Origin: Acidobacteriota bacterium
GTDB taxonomy: Bacteria; Acidobacteriota; UBA6911; RPQK01; JADFOI01
Length of the DNA: 64,000 nt
NCBI GenBank assembly: GCA_963663035.1
Contig: OY760074.1
Coordinates: 1 to 64,000, forward strand
Direction: 5' to 3'
Shown here: positions 1 through 9,599 of the stretch, one piece after another
How the letters are laid out: every line of letters starts with the position of its first letter
How positions within the stretch are numbered: the stretch's first letter is position 1
Position numbers and translations under genes: made by a program
Notes under the pieces: generated by a model
Told to the model about the DNA's origin: nothing
The model's database searches: none
The model's input: only the letters and a program-made list of their open reading frames with translations

Positions 1-909
1 ACCGCTCGCTCAGTGAGGAAGAACTCGACCAACAGCTTTTCCAGTACCAGGATTTCTATGCCTTTCTCGAGACCTATCGAATTGTCTGCGAGCATCTTCG
101 AGAAGCGGACGACTATGTGCAGGTGCTCGACTGGCTGGGAGAATATTTCAGGGAGGAAAACATTGGTTATGCTGAGATCATTTACACTCCTTCTATTCCC
201 TGGAAGTTTGAAAGAGACGGAAAAGAGGTTCTCATTGCTCTTCTGGAGAAGAGCCGCGAGCTCGAGTCAAACCAGGGAACTATTATTCGCTGGATTCTGG
301 ATTGCGTGCGTCAGTTTGGGCCCGAGCCAGCCCGGCGAACCGCTGAGCTGGCAGAGGAGTTTCAGGACCAGGGCGTCGTAGGAATAGGACTTGGCGGTGA
401 TGAGAACTCTCTTGAGATGGAGGTGTATAGGGAGATCTTTGCCTGGGCCAAGGCCCATCGGCTATTCCTTCATGTCCACGCCGGCGAAGTTGGCGACGCA
501 CAACAGGTGTGGGACGCTCTGCTCATCCTGGGAGCCAATCGTATTGGACACGGTATTCAGGCCGCCCGGGATGCAAAGCTGGTGGAATATCTGCGCCAGC
601 ACACCGGTTGGCCTTGATGTCTGCCTGACCAGTAACCTCATGACGGGAGCCTGGACTCCCATCTCGGAGAATCCCTTTGGAATGCTTTTCCAGCGAGGGG
701 TGCCGGTCTCCTTGAATACCGACGACCCAGGGCTCTTCCAAACCTCTTTGACCGAAGAGTTCGAGAAGGCTGTCCGTTTCTTTCACCTAAATCAGGAAGA
801 AGTTCACCGCATCGTCCTGCAGGGAGTTCACTCATCCTTCCTCCCGCACAAGGAAAAAATGGTCCTCATGAAGCGGTTTCAGGAAGAGATCCACCGCCTC
901 TCGGCTTGA
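1..909 (+). CDS. add: Adenosine deaminase family protein, 5'-partial, with one +1 frameshift near 606-610
   Basis: Motifs GIGLGGDE, HVHAGE and RIGHG lie in the frame of ORF 117..617; CLTSN and NTDDPG lie in the frame of ORF 391..909. Deleting one G at ...cacaccGGttggc rejoins them. The frame is open from position 3. Confidence 0.85.
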
Positions 910-2061
910 GGCGGACATGGGTTGCCATGGCCAGAACCTTTCGCCGCAGGGCCTGACTACGGGAGAGAGCTTTGATCGTCTGGCGGCCTAAAAAAGGATA
1001 TTGGATGGCAGCAAGCAGCAGCTGGGCCAGTTTAAAGGAGGGCCGAAAGTAGCTCTCGCGCAACTGAGTGTATTCACAGAGATCTTGCTCAGAAAGCCTG
1101 TCGTTAGCCAGTCGTTCCTTCACTACCAGGCAGGCCAGTTCTGCGTCCTTTAAGGCCAAGGTCATACCCTGTCCCGTCACTGGATCGACTGCTCCGGCGG
1201 CGTCTCCCACCAGAAGCAGGCGCTGTCCATGACAGCGTGAAATCTCAAGGCTCACAGCACCAGTGCTTTCCACTGTCCTTTGGGGATAGGGAGTCCTCAG
1301 CCGCTCACAGAGTTCCGGGAAGAGCGTCAAATTCTCGAAATAGAGATCCGCTAGTTGAGTCCCCGGTGAGCGGCGGACTGATCCATAGAGGAGAAGGGTG
1401 ATCCGAGCCGACCCATTGCCCATGGGGGCAACGTAGGCTTCTCCTTTCTTGCAGCAGTGGACCTCCACCACGCCTTGTGTGCCTTCCAGTTGGTCGTACA
1501 GAGTACGCAGAGCGAATCTTCGAGCGCGCCCGCTTTCGGCGGTGAATTCCAAAGCCGTTGTGAAATCGCGAGCGGATGCCATCGGCCCCTATGAGCAGCC
1601 TTGCAGTGTGGGTCTGTAACTGACCTTGAGAGAGGCCGGTCACCTCCACCTGCTGGGCTCCGGTTCGAACCGATAGCACGTTGAAGCCTTCACGCAGTTG
1701 GACTCCCGGTTCTTGTGCCGCGAATCGAGCCAGTCGTGCATCCAGAATCAGCCGGGGGAGAACCCAGCCTCGAGCTGTATTGGAAAGTTCACGAAAATTC
1801 AGATTCAGGCAGCGGTTCTGGGAAAAGTGGGAAGTGGATACCAGAGAAGGCTTGCCCTCCTTCGCCCTGCAATTCGGAGAGTATTCCCAGCTTGTGCAGG
1901 ATGTCTGCCCCGGCCGGCATGAGACCCTCTCCACATATCTTTTCTCGGGGGAAGGTGGCCCGTTCAACCAGAAGAACATCAGAACCCTGTTGAGCCAGCA
2001 AGGCTGCGGTCGTGGAACCGGCCACACCGGCCCCCGCAACGATCACATCAAAATGGGCCAT
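866..2061 (-). CDS. NAD(P)/FAD-dependent oxidoreductase (geranylgeranyl-reductase-like), split by two frameshifts near 1830 and 1530
   Basis: GAGVAG...FPREKICGEGL (ORF 1789..2061), LIGADGIRS (ORF 1305..2039) and LLVGDAAGAVDPVTGQG (ORF 866..1582) occur in three successive frames. Confidence 0.8.
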
Positions 2062-2172
2062 GTTGCCTCTCTTTGTCTGCCAGGGAGGATAGCATGCAGG
2101 AAAAATTGCCGCCCTGCCCTTTTGAACAACGCGGATGCGTCTAGTAAAGTGAGAGAGAAGAGGAAGCTCAGC

Positions 2173-2262
2173 GGAGGAGTGGCCGAGTGGTTGAAGGCGG
2201 CGGTCTTGAAAACCGCTGTACTCGTAAGGGTACCGTGGGTTCGAATCCTACCTCCTCCGCCA
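2173..2262 (+). tRNA. tRNA-Ser(TGA)
   Basis: GGAGGAG/CTCCTCC acceptor stem, anticodon loop CTTGAAA, long variable arm, GGTTCGAATCC T-arm and encoded CCA; 90 nt. Confidence 0.97.
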
Positions 2263-2332
2263 AAACCCGTTTAGATTCAACCCCTCCGCGCCGATCTCAA
2301 TTCGCTTTGGAAAATCCAGTCTTCTGCGCTGC

Positions 2333-2627
2333 TCAAGGTAGAGAGGCGATGATGTTCTTGTATTCCTCTTCTTTGAAAGCCCGAAGGGTTTCGACCTGTA
2401 CGTTGCCCAAAGACCTGAGAGAGAGTGAGATGTTGGCACCGCTTTCGTCATCGGGTACTTCGATGACAGTCACCATGTCATAAGCTCCCAGCGTCATGTG
2501 AAAGCTTTTCACCTCACCCTCAGCTGGCCTCCACGGTCTCCTTGAAATTCTGGAGTCGAGAGGGACTCTCCCCGAGGTGCTCAATACCTTTATCTGTCCA
2601 CTTTGGCAGTATGACGAAAGTTGCCAT
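2333..2627 (-). CDS. GYD-domain protein with one frameshift near 2525
   Basis: AGGAGG then ATG gives MATFVILPKWTDKGI...ETVEA; after a frame change it continues GEVKSFHMTLGAYDMV...GNVQVETLRAF. Deleting one C restores about 97 aa. Confidence 0.75.
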
Positions 2628-2759
2628 GCCATAGCCTCCTTTAAACCGTTCTTGTTTTAGATAACTGAAGGATCGATCTGGATGGGGAGCTTAGCAAAGC
2701 CGTTGCCAATCTGCCACCTTGCGCTGAAAGTTTTCCAATAGACTTTTTGCAAGCGGCGG

Positions 2760-2777
2760 GAGCGTCTGAGCCTCCAC
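2760..2777 (+). repeat. 18-bp direct repeat GAGCGTCTGAGCCTCCAC, copy 1
   Basis: Identical to 3541..3558; the pair brackets the ankyrin gene. Confidence 0.8.
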
Positions 2778-2939
2778 TGGTAATCGGGGAGGCTATCAGC
2801 CTATTAACCTCGGTGCCTTTCTTAATGCAGCTCTTGGTGTGGCTATGGGAGGCATTCTGACAGCCTGGCCTTTAGAGCAAAGCAGGTTTATCATTGGTGC
2901 AGAGGCAATGCATCCAATCTCTTCAATAGGAGGTGTCTT

Positions 2940-3491
2940 ATGCCAGCCAGAATGATTATCGCCATGTTGGCGGCACTGCTAATTCCAATCTCTGCTTACC
3001 CTCAGGACGTTAATTCACAGTTGATTGAAGCGGCGAAGAGAGGTGACACGGTCAGTATAAAGGCCCTGCTCGAGGCGGGAGCCGACGTGAACGCTGAAGA
3101 TGGCGACGGCGCGACAGCCTTGATATTGGCGGCACAAAAAGGTCACGCTGAACCCGCTCAGGCCCTGCTTACTGCCGGGGCCGACGTGAGCGCGTGGGAT
3201 AGGTTGTACGAAACGACGGCTTTAGGGTGGGCGGCAGAAGGAGGTCACAGGGAAACCGTTCAGGCCTTGCTCGATGCCGGGGCCGTCGTGAACGCGAAGG
3301 ATGGCTACGGAGAGACGGGCTTGATGTCGGCGGCACGAAACAATCACAGGGAAACCGTTCAGGCCCTGCTCAATGCCGGGGCCGTCGTGAACGCGAAGGG
3401 TGAGGACGGCAAAACGGCGTTGATGACTGTCGAGGAGTTGGGTCACGCCGAAATCGTCGAGATGCTCAAGAAGGCGGGGGCGAAGGAATAG
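2940..3491 (+). CDS. Secreted ankyrin-repeat protein
   Basis: Signal peptide followed by repeated G-x-T-[AG]-L...AA..G[HN]...V.ALL.AGA.VNA units. Two DNA repeats 99 bp apart are nearly identical. AGGAGG RBS. Confidence 0.92.
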   Translation: MPARMIIAMLAALLIPISAYPQDVNSQLIEAAKRGDTVSIKALLEAGADVNAEDGDGATALILAAQKGHAEPAQALLTAGADVSAWDRLYETTALGWAAEGGHRETVQALLDAGAVVNAKDGYGETGLMSAARNNHRETVQALLNAGAVVNAKGEDGKTALMTVEELGHAEIVEMLKKAGAKE

Positions 3492-3492
3492 C

Positions 3493-3543
3493 CTCCGTGA
3501 CGACCCTCGGACCTGCTGCTGCGGATGAACTTGGAGCCGTGAG
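3493..3543 (+). pseudogene. Relic 3' end of a TolB-like/TPR kinase-family gene (LRDDPR..DLLLRMNLEP*)
   Basis: Parallels the last codons of the gene ending at 13324 (LRDDPRFTDLLQRMNLMP*), with a small deletion. Confidence 0.7.
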
Positions 3544-3558
3544 CGTCTGAGCCTCCAC
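3541..3558 (+). repeat. 18-bp direct repeat, copy 2
   Basis: Identical to 2760..2777. Confidence 0.8.
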
Positions 3559-3628
3559 CTACGTCAGGCATTGTTTTTTGCCCTCCAGCACTGTAATATC
3601 TCTGGCAAATCACTCTGGTAGGGACAAG

Positions 3629-3769
3629 ATGAACTTTTTGGTGGCAATAGGTCTAGTTCTAAGCCTCATCGTTGTGGGCTTTCTCAATTCCGGTGGCCTG
3701 GATTATCTCCTGGTCAAATGGAACTCGCCGAAGACAACAGAAGAGGATGATCCACGTGAGGAAGACTAG
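3629..3769 (+). CDS. Small single-TM hypothetical protein
   Basis: MNFLVAIGLVLSLIVVGFL hydrophobic helix with an acidic tail. Confidence 0.45.
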   Translation: MNFLVAIGLVLSLIVVGFLNSGGLDYLLVKWNSPKTTEEDDPREED

Positions 3770-3863
3770 GTGAGCAGCCGGTAAGGGCCTGTTGGGCTAA
3801 TCGGGGTCGGTTCGCGTCCCGCTCGGGGAGACAATACCGGCGGGTTCATGACCCAACGGCTTG

Positions 3864-4298
3864 TTATGGTTTTGAAAGTTCACACGCTGTTGAGACGGAT
3901 AATGTCTCAGAAATTGTAGTAACACAACTATATTTCTCTCCCTTCGTCTGAAAGGAGTGGTGCAACTCGCTGTCTTTCCACAACAGAAAACCAATTTCAC
4001 CGCACCATGATTCTGCCGGGTCTGGACAAACCTTCAGACCACCTTCAATATCAATTCGCTGGCGAAGGAGTAGGACCTGGCTCCCCGCACCTTTAGTGAA
4101 GTCTATGACTTCAACCTCCAGGTGCGGCCAAGTTTTTCCCCAAGACAGGACAGCTCTCCGGAACATATTATGACGACCTGGGATACTGTTGGAGACAACT
4201 GTTTGAATACCCCAGCCGACGGCTGGTTCCTCCTCGCCTCGTGCAGGCCCAGCGAACCAAAGTGCGAGAGCTATTGAAATAAGTAGTGTCCCCACCAT
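3864..4298 (-). CDS. Secreted hypothetical protein with four Cys
   Basis: Signal peptide ending PARG; 144-aa ORF. Confidence 0.6.
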   Translation of the reverse strand: MVGTLLISIALALWFAGPARGEEEPAVGWGIQTVVSNSIPGRHNMFRRAVLSWGKTWPHLEVEVIDFTKGAGSQVLLLRQRIDIEGGLKVCPDPAESWCGEIGFLLWKDSELHHSFQTKGEKYSCVTTISETLSVSTACELSKP

Positions 4299-4473
4299 AC
4301 CACCTGCCCTTCATGAACCATGAAAAGGTTTATTCGGACCAGCATAGTATCCTCCGCATATGACGCAAGAAGAACCTGCCCCACAGCCTGAATATTTTTC
4401 AAAAGTTATTGTGGCCGGCAGGAGTCACAGGCGAACCTCTTCGTTCAAAGTTCAATCCAATACAACTGTACCA

Positions 4474-4662
4474 TCACCCCTCTATTCCGACCCCTTTCGA
4501 GTAATCATTCAGCTTCGCGAGCAACTCGTCGAAGTCGTCATACTGGTAGCTAAGCGGGAAAGGGACTTAAGGCTCATTGTTCGCAACAAACTCCTCTACG
4601 CAATCAATGCATGTCTCTCTGAGGTCTGAACGCGGTAGGACTAGAGATACTTTGTTCTTCAT
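4474..4662 (-). pseudogene. GNAT acetyltransferase N-terminal fragment with an internal stop
   Basis: My translation is MKNKVSLVLPRSDLRETCIDCVEEFVANNEP*VPFPLSYQYDDFDELLAKLNDYSKGVGIEG*, which resembles the N-termini of predicted acetyltransferases. It is not in the ORF track. Confidence 0.5.
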
Positions 4663-4847
4663 GTTGTGGCTTGATGATGATACTGCTTGGCATCGCCTGC
4701 AAGTTGCTTTGCCTGCAGGTTAGCCTGCCCTGAGAAGGCTTCAAAAGTTTTGCGTGCAGCATGCGGCACCTGATGTTGGCGCTGGAGGAGTTCGACGCGC
4801 TCGGCTCATTCTCGCCCCACGCCTACCTTGCATCCAGCAATTAATCG

Positions 4848-5486
4848 TCATTGAGAAGCAAGAATGGTGGGGAGTTCCTGTACCGAGTCTAATACTTTCC
4901 AGGCCTTTGAAAAGTCTTGTGATGATGTGAGGCGATTCTTGACAATGATGCAGTCTAGTCCAGCAGCATGGGCCGCCTGAAGACCTCTCGCAGAATCTTC
5001 GATAGCGATTGCCTGAGCAGGGTCAGCATCGAATCGCCGTAGTGCCTCTAGATAGGGGTCTGGATGAGGTTTGGAATTGGCGTAATCTTCTCTCGTAATG
5101 GTGAACTCGATGTAATCAAGCATCTTTCTTGATTGGTGTATGAGATCAAAATCCTCTCGTCTGGCAGTTGTGACAATCGCCATTCTGTATGTGCGTCCGA
5201 GCTCTATGAGTACATCCAGGACCCCATCGATTTCTAAACTCTCAGTCTGAAGATACTCTTGATACTGGAGGTTCCTTTGCGTTTTCTGGGAGGAAATTTC
5301 TTGCTCGGAGGTGCCCTTGTTGCGCGCCAGATCCCAGCATGGGCGACCTTCCGCCATAAACTCAAGATATGTCATTTCGTTGAGGCTGACACCGAGCGGA
5401 GCCAGTGCTTCGCGTGTAGCGGCGAAATACCACTTCTCAGTGTCTACCAGCACACCATCGTTATCCCAGAGGACGAATGTTCGCAT
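4848..5486 (-). CDS. HAD-family phosphatase (beta-PGM/CbbY-like)
   Basis: Motif I WDNDGVLVDTE, then VTT, KPHPDPY and IEDSARG; start trimmed to the ATG of MRTFVL. Confidence 0.92.
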   Translation of the reverse strand: MRTFVLWDNDGVLVDTEKWYFAATREALAPLGVSLNEMTYLEFMAEGRPCWDLARNKGTSEQEISSQKTQRNLQYQEYLQTESLEIDGVLDVLIELGRTYRMAIVTTARREDFDLIHQSRKMLDYIEFTITREDYANSKPHPDPYLEALRRFDADPAQAIAIEDSARGLQAAHAAGLDCIIVKNRLTSSQDFSKAWKVLDSVQELPTILASQ

Positions 5487-5573
5487 CCTTTTCAAGCCTA
5501 CATTTTGAACACACAGTCTAACAGCTTGAAATTCGCGAATCATGAGCCATAGCCTTATGCCTCTTCCACTCGA

Positions 5574-6003
5574 GGTTCCGTCTATAAGTGTCTAAATAGA
5601 CATCAAGTGTGGCGCGTGCTATTCTCCTGGGTGTCATGAAGATGACTGGAACTCCATTGACATATTGGGCTCCTTGGTAGACATCCTTCATCAAGCAGAC
5701 AGGAGAGCCTTCACGGCGAAATCTCTTAGTCAGCGACCTGCTTGCATAGCTAACCTAGATGAAAGGCCCGTGCGTTCGGGCCTTTTTTCTTGCCCAAACT
5801 TCAAAGCAGGTATCGGTAAACGCAGTCGAAAAAGCAAAGAGCACTTCGGGATGAAGCTCCACTGGGTTGGTAGTCCGCAGATTGTTCGACCACTCACTGT
5901 TTGGGACTACGTTGTAAATGCTGGATGCACTCATTCTTGCTCTTTCCTTTAGTCCTGGTCCGGATCAGATCAGGTGATTGCCTCTCAGGCCTCTCTTGCT
6001 ACA
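5574..6003 (-). mobile_element. Indel-riddled inverted copy of the 3' ~360 bp of the IS256 at 6201..7578
   Basis: Starts with the right IR (GGTTCCGTC.ATAAGTGT.TAAATAGACATCA) and shares exact blocks such as tgactggaactccattgacatattgggctccttggtagacatccttcatcaag and ctccactgggttggtagtccgcagat. Confidence 0.8.
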
Positions 6004-6200
6004 GGCACGGTTGCGAATCGAATCAAAGAGACTTTCCCAAACGCAAGTTTCACCTGTGTTGATATAGCTGAAAACATGCTCGCAATGGCGAAGAGAAAGC
6101 TAGGCACTAACGCTCGATATCAGCTTGCTGACTTTAGAAGCTATGAGTTCGATGGGACTTACGATCTCTGCTCGTCGGCTTCTGGGAACACGTTGCATCA

Positions 6201-7578
6201 GAGCTACCCTCAAAAGGTGTGTAAATAGCACAGGCGGTGATTATCCTTCCGGGTGAAAATAAAAACCCGGGCGGAAGAGCCCGAAAGGAAGGAGTCACAC
6301 CGCCATGAGCAAGAAGAACATTGATCACAGTGTGGAGTCAAGAGTCTGCTTTGAACAGCTGGAAGAGTGGGTGCGAGAGCAGATCCAGTTTTACGTACAG
6401 GAACTGCTGGAGGATGAAGTGACACAGCTGCTGGGACGAAGAAAGAATGAGCGTCGCCGAGAAGTGGACGCCTCCGGTGGCTATCGCAACGGCTACGGCA
6501 AGGAGCGGCGACTGACGATGAGTTGCGGAACGATCAAGCTGCGGCGTCCCCGAGTGCGGGATCTGGAAGAGCGTTTTGAGAGCCGGGTCTTGCCGCTGTT
6601 TGCCAAGCGAACGCGAGAGGTACGAGACTTGATTCCAGAACTCTATTTACATGGTCTGGCCGAGGGGGATTTCGATCTGGCCTTGAGAGGGCTTTTAGGG
6701 GAAGAAGCGCCGCTGTCCCCCAGCACCGTAGCCCGGTTGAAACAGAAGTGGCAGGGAGAAATGGAGGCCTGGCAGAGCCGTCGGCTGGATGATCTGGAAG
6801 TCGTGTATTTGTGGGCGGACGGCGTGTACATCAAAGCAGGGCTGGAGAAGGAGAAGGCCGTGATTCTGGTAGTGATCGCCGCTTTAAGTGATGGCACTAA
6901 AGTGGTGGTGTCCGTCAGTAGTGGTTATCGAGAATCGACCCAGAGCTGGTCCGAAGTGCTGCGGGATCTCAAAGAGCGGGGGATGAACCCACCCCGTCTG
7001 GTGATCGCTGACGGGCATCTGGGGATCTGGGGAGCGTTGCGCAACGTGTTCCCAGAAGCCGACGAGCAGAGATGCTGGAATCATCGCATCGTCAACTTGC
7101 TGGCCAAGATCCCCAAGAGTCGGCACAAAGCGGCCTTGTTGATGTTGCGGCAGATCCCTTATGCAGAAACACGGCAGGAAGCCGAGCGAGTCAAAGGACG
7201 ATTCCAACATTGGTGTAGCAAGAGAGGCCTGGAGGCAGCGGCTGATCTGATCGACCAGGACTGGGAGCGGATGGTGACGTTTTACAACTATCCCAAACAG
7301 CAGTGGCAACATCTGCGGACTACCAACCCAGTGGAGTCTCCCTTCTCTGCTCTGCGACTGCGAACCGATGCTGCTCGAAGGTTCAAGAAAGTGGCCAACG
7401 CACGGGCTGTCATCTGGAAGATGCTGCTGGTCGCTGAGAAGAGATTTCGCCGTTTGAAGGCTCCCCACTTGATGAAGGATGTCTACCAAGGAGCCCAATA
7501 TGTCAATGGAGTTCCAGTCAACCCAGTCACCCAGGAGAAAGCCGCCTGATGTCTATTTACACACTTATTGACGGAACC
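6201..7578 (+). mobile_element. IS256-family insertion sequence, 1378 bp
   Basis: Imperfect IRs share TCAA.A.GTGTGTAAATAG. The target duplication TGCATCA is at 6194..6200 and 7579..7585. Confidence 0.92.
6305..7549 (+). CDS. IS256-family (Mutator-like) DDE transposase
   Basis: RNGY, LWADG, IADGHLG, QRCWNH and LRTTNPVES motifs. Confidence 0.95.
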   Translation: MSKKNIDHSVESRVCFEQLEEWVREQIQFYVQELLEDEVTQLLGRRKNERRREVDASGGYRNGYGKERRLTMSCGTIKLRRPRVRDLEERFESRVLPLFAKRTREVRDLIPELYLHGLAEGDFDLALRGLLGEEAPLSPSTVARLKQKWQGEMEAWQSRRLDDLEVVYLWADGVYIKAGLEKEKAVILVVIAALSDGTKVVVSVSSGYRESTQSWSEVLRDLKERGMNPPRLVIADGHLGIWGALRNVFPEADEQRCWNHRIVNLLAKIPKSRHKAALLMLRQIPYAETRQEAERVKGRFQHWCSKRGLEAAADLIDQDWERMVTFYNYPKQQWQHLRTTNPVESPFSALRLRTDAARRFKKVANARAVIWKMLLVAEKRFRRLKAPHLMKDVYQGAQYVNGVPVNPVTQEKAA

Positions 7579-7911
7579 TGCATCATCTGGAAACAGATAA
7601 AGAGAAGAAGATCTTCTATGGAAAAATCTTCAATAGCTTAGCTCCGGGAGGCGCTTTCTTTAACGCTGATGTCATTCTAGCTTCAAGCAGTCGTGTTCAG
7701 GAAGGATACATGAAGAAGTGGAAGGACTTCACAAGCGGGTGTCGGATGATGAAATTGAGAGTAAGTGGATTCCGATTCATCACGAGGAAGACCGACCAGC
7801 AAGACTTACAGCACAGCTGTCCTGGCTCTGCGACATTGGTTTTACTGAAGTCGATGTCGTCTGGAAGTATTACAATTTTGCAGTTTACGGAGGCAGAAAG
7901 GGATTAGGAAA

Positions 7912-8469
7912 ATGAACTCAATTAGGCACTTGAATTTAGACCAACTGAATGAGGGGTTGTCTGAGATTCGCCAATCACCTAAAGACGATGGTGTCCTGAA
8001 GGCCATTGTTTTTCGCCCAGAGGAGAACCAGCGAAGCTCCCCGACTCAATGCCAGCTCAGCCCGGAGCTTGGACTAGCGGGGGATCGCTGGGCAAAGGGT
8101 TGTTGGCTCTCATTGCCAGATGGAAGCCCACATCCTGAAGTCCAGGTCACGATCATGAATGTACGGTCAATTGCTTTAATTGCCCAGCAGGCAGGCCGCT
8201 GGTCCCTTGCTGGGGATAACCTCTACGTCGATTTGGATCTCAGTGATGAGAACCTTCCCTGCGGTCAACGCCTGTCCGTTGGTTCAGTTGTCCTGGAGGT
8301 TACTGAGAGGCCTCACACTGGGTGCAGCAAGTTTGCCCAGCGGTTTGGAAAAGCCGCCATGAAGTTCGTTAATTCTGCAGAAGGAATCAGACTGCATCTT
8401 AGGGGGATCTACGCCAGGATTGTTCAGGCCGGCACTGTCAGCATTGGTGACAAGGTCAGAAAGATCTGA
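7912..8469 (+). CDS. MOSC-domain protein
   Basis: GLAGDRW, AGDNLYVD, PHTGCSKF and RGIYARIV.AG.V.IGD. Confidence 0.88.
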   Translation: MNSIRHLNLDQLNEGLSEIRQSPKDDGVLKAIVFRPEENQRSSPTQCQLSPELGLAGDRWAKGCWLSLPDGSPHPEVQVTIMNVRSIALIAQQAGRWSLAGDNLYVDLDLSDENLPCGQRLSVGSVVLEVTERPHTGCSKFAQRFGKAAMKFVNSAEGIRLHLRGIYARIVQAGTVSIGDKVRKI

Positions 8470-8558
8470 TGTAGAGAAGCTTGTCACTGGTTCTTCTTAA
8501 GTGCACACCAATAGTTTAGTGAGTGAGCTGGAAAATCTAAGAGGCAAGAAAGAGAGAC

Positions 8559-8728
8559 ATGTACTCCAATATAGGCAAGGTGTATCTCTTCCGCTTTTTC
8601 AAGGAAATTCACTTCTTCGGGGCGGTAGGCGTACCCTTCTTTCTGGACTGGCTGCAGGTAAGTTATACGCAGATATTTCTGCTGCAGCGTGGTTTTCCGG
8701 CTGGGTCTTTCTGCTGGAGATTCCTTTT
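8559..8728 (+). pseudogene. MFS transporter N-terminal fragment
   Basis: MYSNIGKVYLFRFFKEIHFFGAVGVPFFLDW..., then after a frameshift WFSGWVFLLEIP, typical of MFS TM1-TM2. The sequence then switches to the duplicated segment. Confidence 0.55.
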
Positions 8729-8729
8729 G

Positions 8730-8950
8730 GAAACGCATCCCCGCTTATCTCAAGAAGCAGTTAATCACCGTGCCCTTTTTGTTTTCTCTCATGGTTTTCG
8801 TTGGCAATATTGACGAGTTCAGATCGCGAATTCTTCAATTCTCGAGTATCCTGACACTCTCTAACTTTTCTTCTTACCGTTCCCTACATTGCGGCGACAG
8901 CATGGGTGGGATGGGTTATTATCTCTACTGTCGGACGTCAAGGAAACGTA
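8730..8950 (+). repeat. Partial, noisy duplicate of 10231..10405 (3' part of the membrane-protein gene)
   Basis: A near-identical ~90-bp block encoding RIPAYLKKQL.TVPFLFSLMVFVGNIDEFR is present in both places. Confidence 0.85.
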
Positions 8951-8974
8951 CTAGAGGCCATAGCGCTCCTTGGC

Positions 8975-9560
8975 TGATTCCCGCGACTGATTTCCGGTTT
9001 AGGAAGGAGGCAAGGATGGCAGGGAAGCGGTTTAGGGCAGAACAGATCATCATGAAGCTGCGTGAGGCAGAGGTGGGTCTGGCCCAAGGACAGAGGGTGG
9101 GAAGGTGTCGAAGCAGATGGGGGTGAGCGAGCAGACCTACTACCGGTTCTCCGGTGGACCAGGCCAAGAGGTTGAAGTTGGAGAAGGAGAATGTTGAAGA
9201 AGCTGGTGGCGGATCTGTCTTTGGACAAGCAGATCCGAAGGAAGTGTCCTCGGGAAACTTCTAGGCCCGACGAACAGGAGACGAGCGGTGATGTGGGTAC
9301 GAGAGCGATTAGGAGCAGAGCAGTTTCGGGCCTGCCAAGTGCTGGGCAGGCATGCAATCGATGATAGCCCACCCAGCTCCAGAGGCAAGTTCACAGGTTT
9401 CCGGAGTTACGAGACGTGGGTTTTCCTGCTCATGAATCTGGTTGCCGCATGTACTATTTTACGATCCTGGATGAGTACACCAGAGAGTGCCTCGCATTGA
9501 TGTTGAATCACCAAGACTGGACCGGTTGGCGGAGTTATTCGTTGATCAGTGCCTGAGTTT
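8975..9560 (+). mobile_element. Degraded IS3-family element
   Basis: orfA-like MAGKRFRAEQIIMKLREAEV...GVSEQTYY, KLVADLSLDKQ, a GGGAAAC-TTC-TAG junction, and an orfB core fragment ILDEYTRECL. Many deletions. Confidence 0.8.
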
Positions 9561-9599
9561 AGTACCCAAGAGCAGGCTAAGGACCTTACGCGGCTCTTG

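Larger units (their letters stand above)
6001..7915 (+). pseudogene. Class I SAM-dependent methyltransferase interrupted by IS256, with additional frameshifts and a missing N-terminus
   Basis: TGTVA...CVDIAENML...LH lies left of the IS, and HLETDKEK...LAPGGAFFNAD...EEDRPA...GFTEVDVVWKYYNFAVYGG lies right of it. Confidence 0.8.

Noticed and set aside
4300-5575. Integron cassette array (GNAT, HAD, and a GTTAGAC core upstream of the HAD gene)
   Set aside because: Only one GTTRRRY match, no convincing attC palindromes and no intI.
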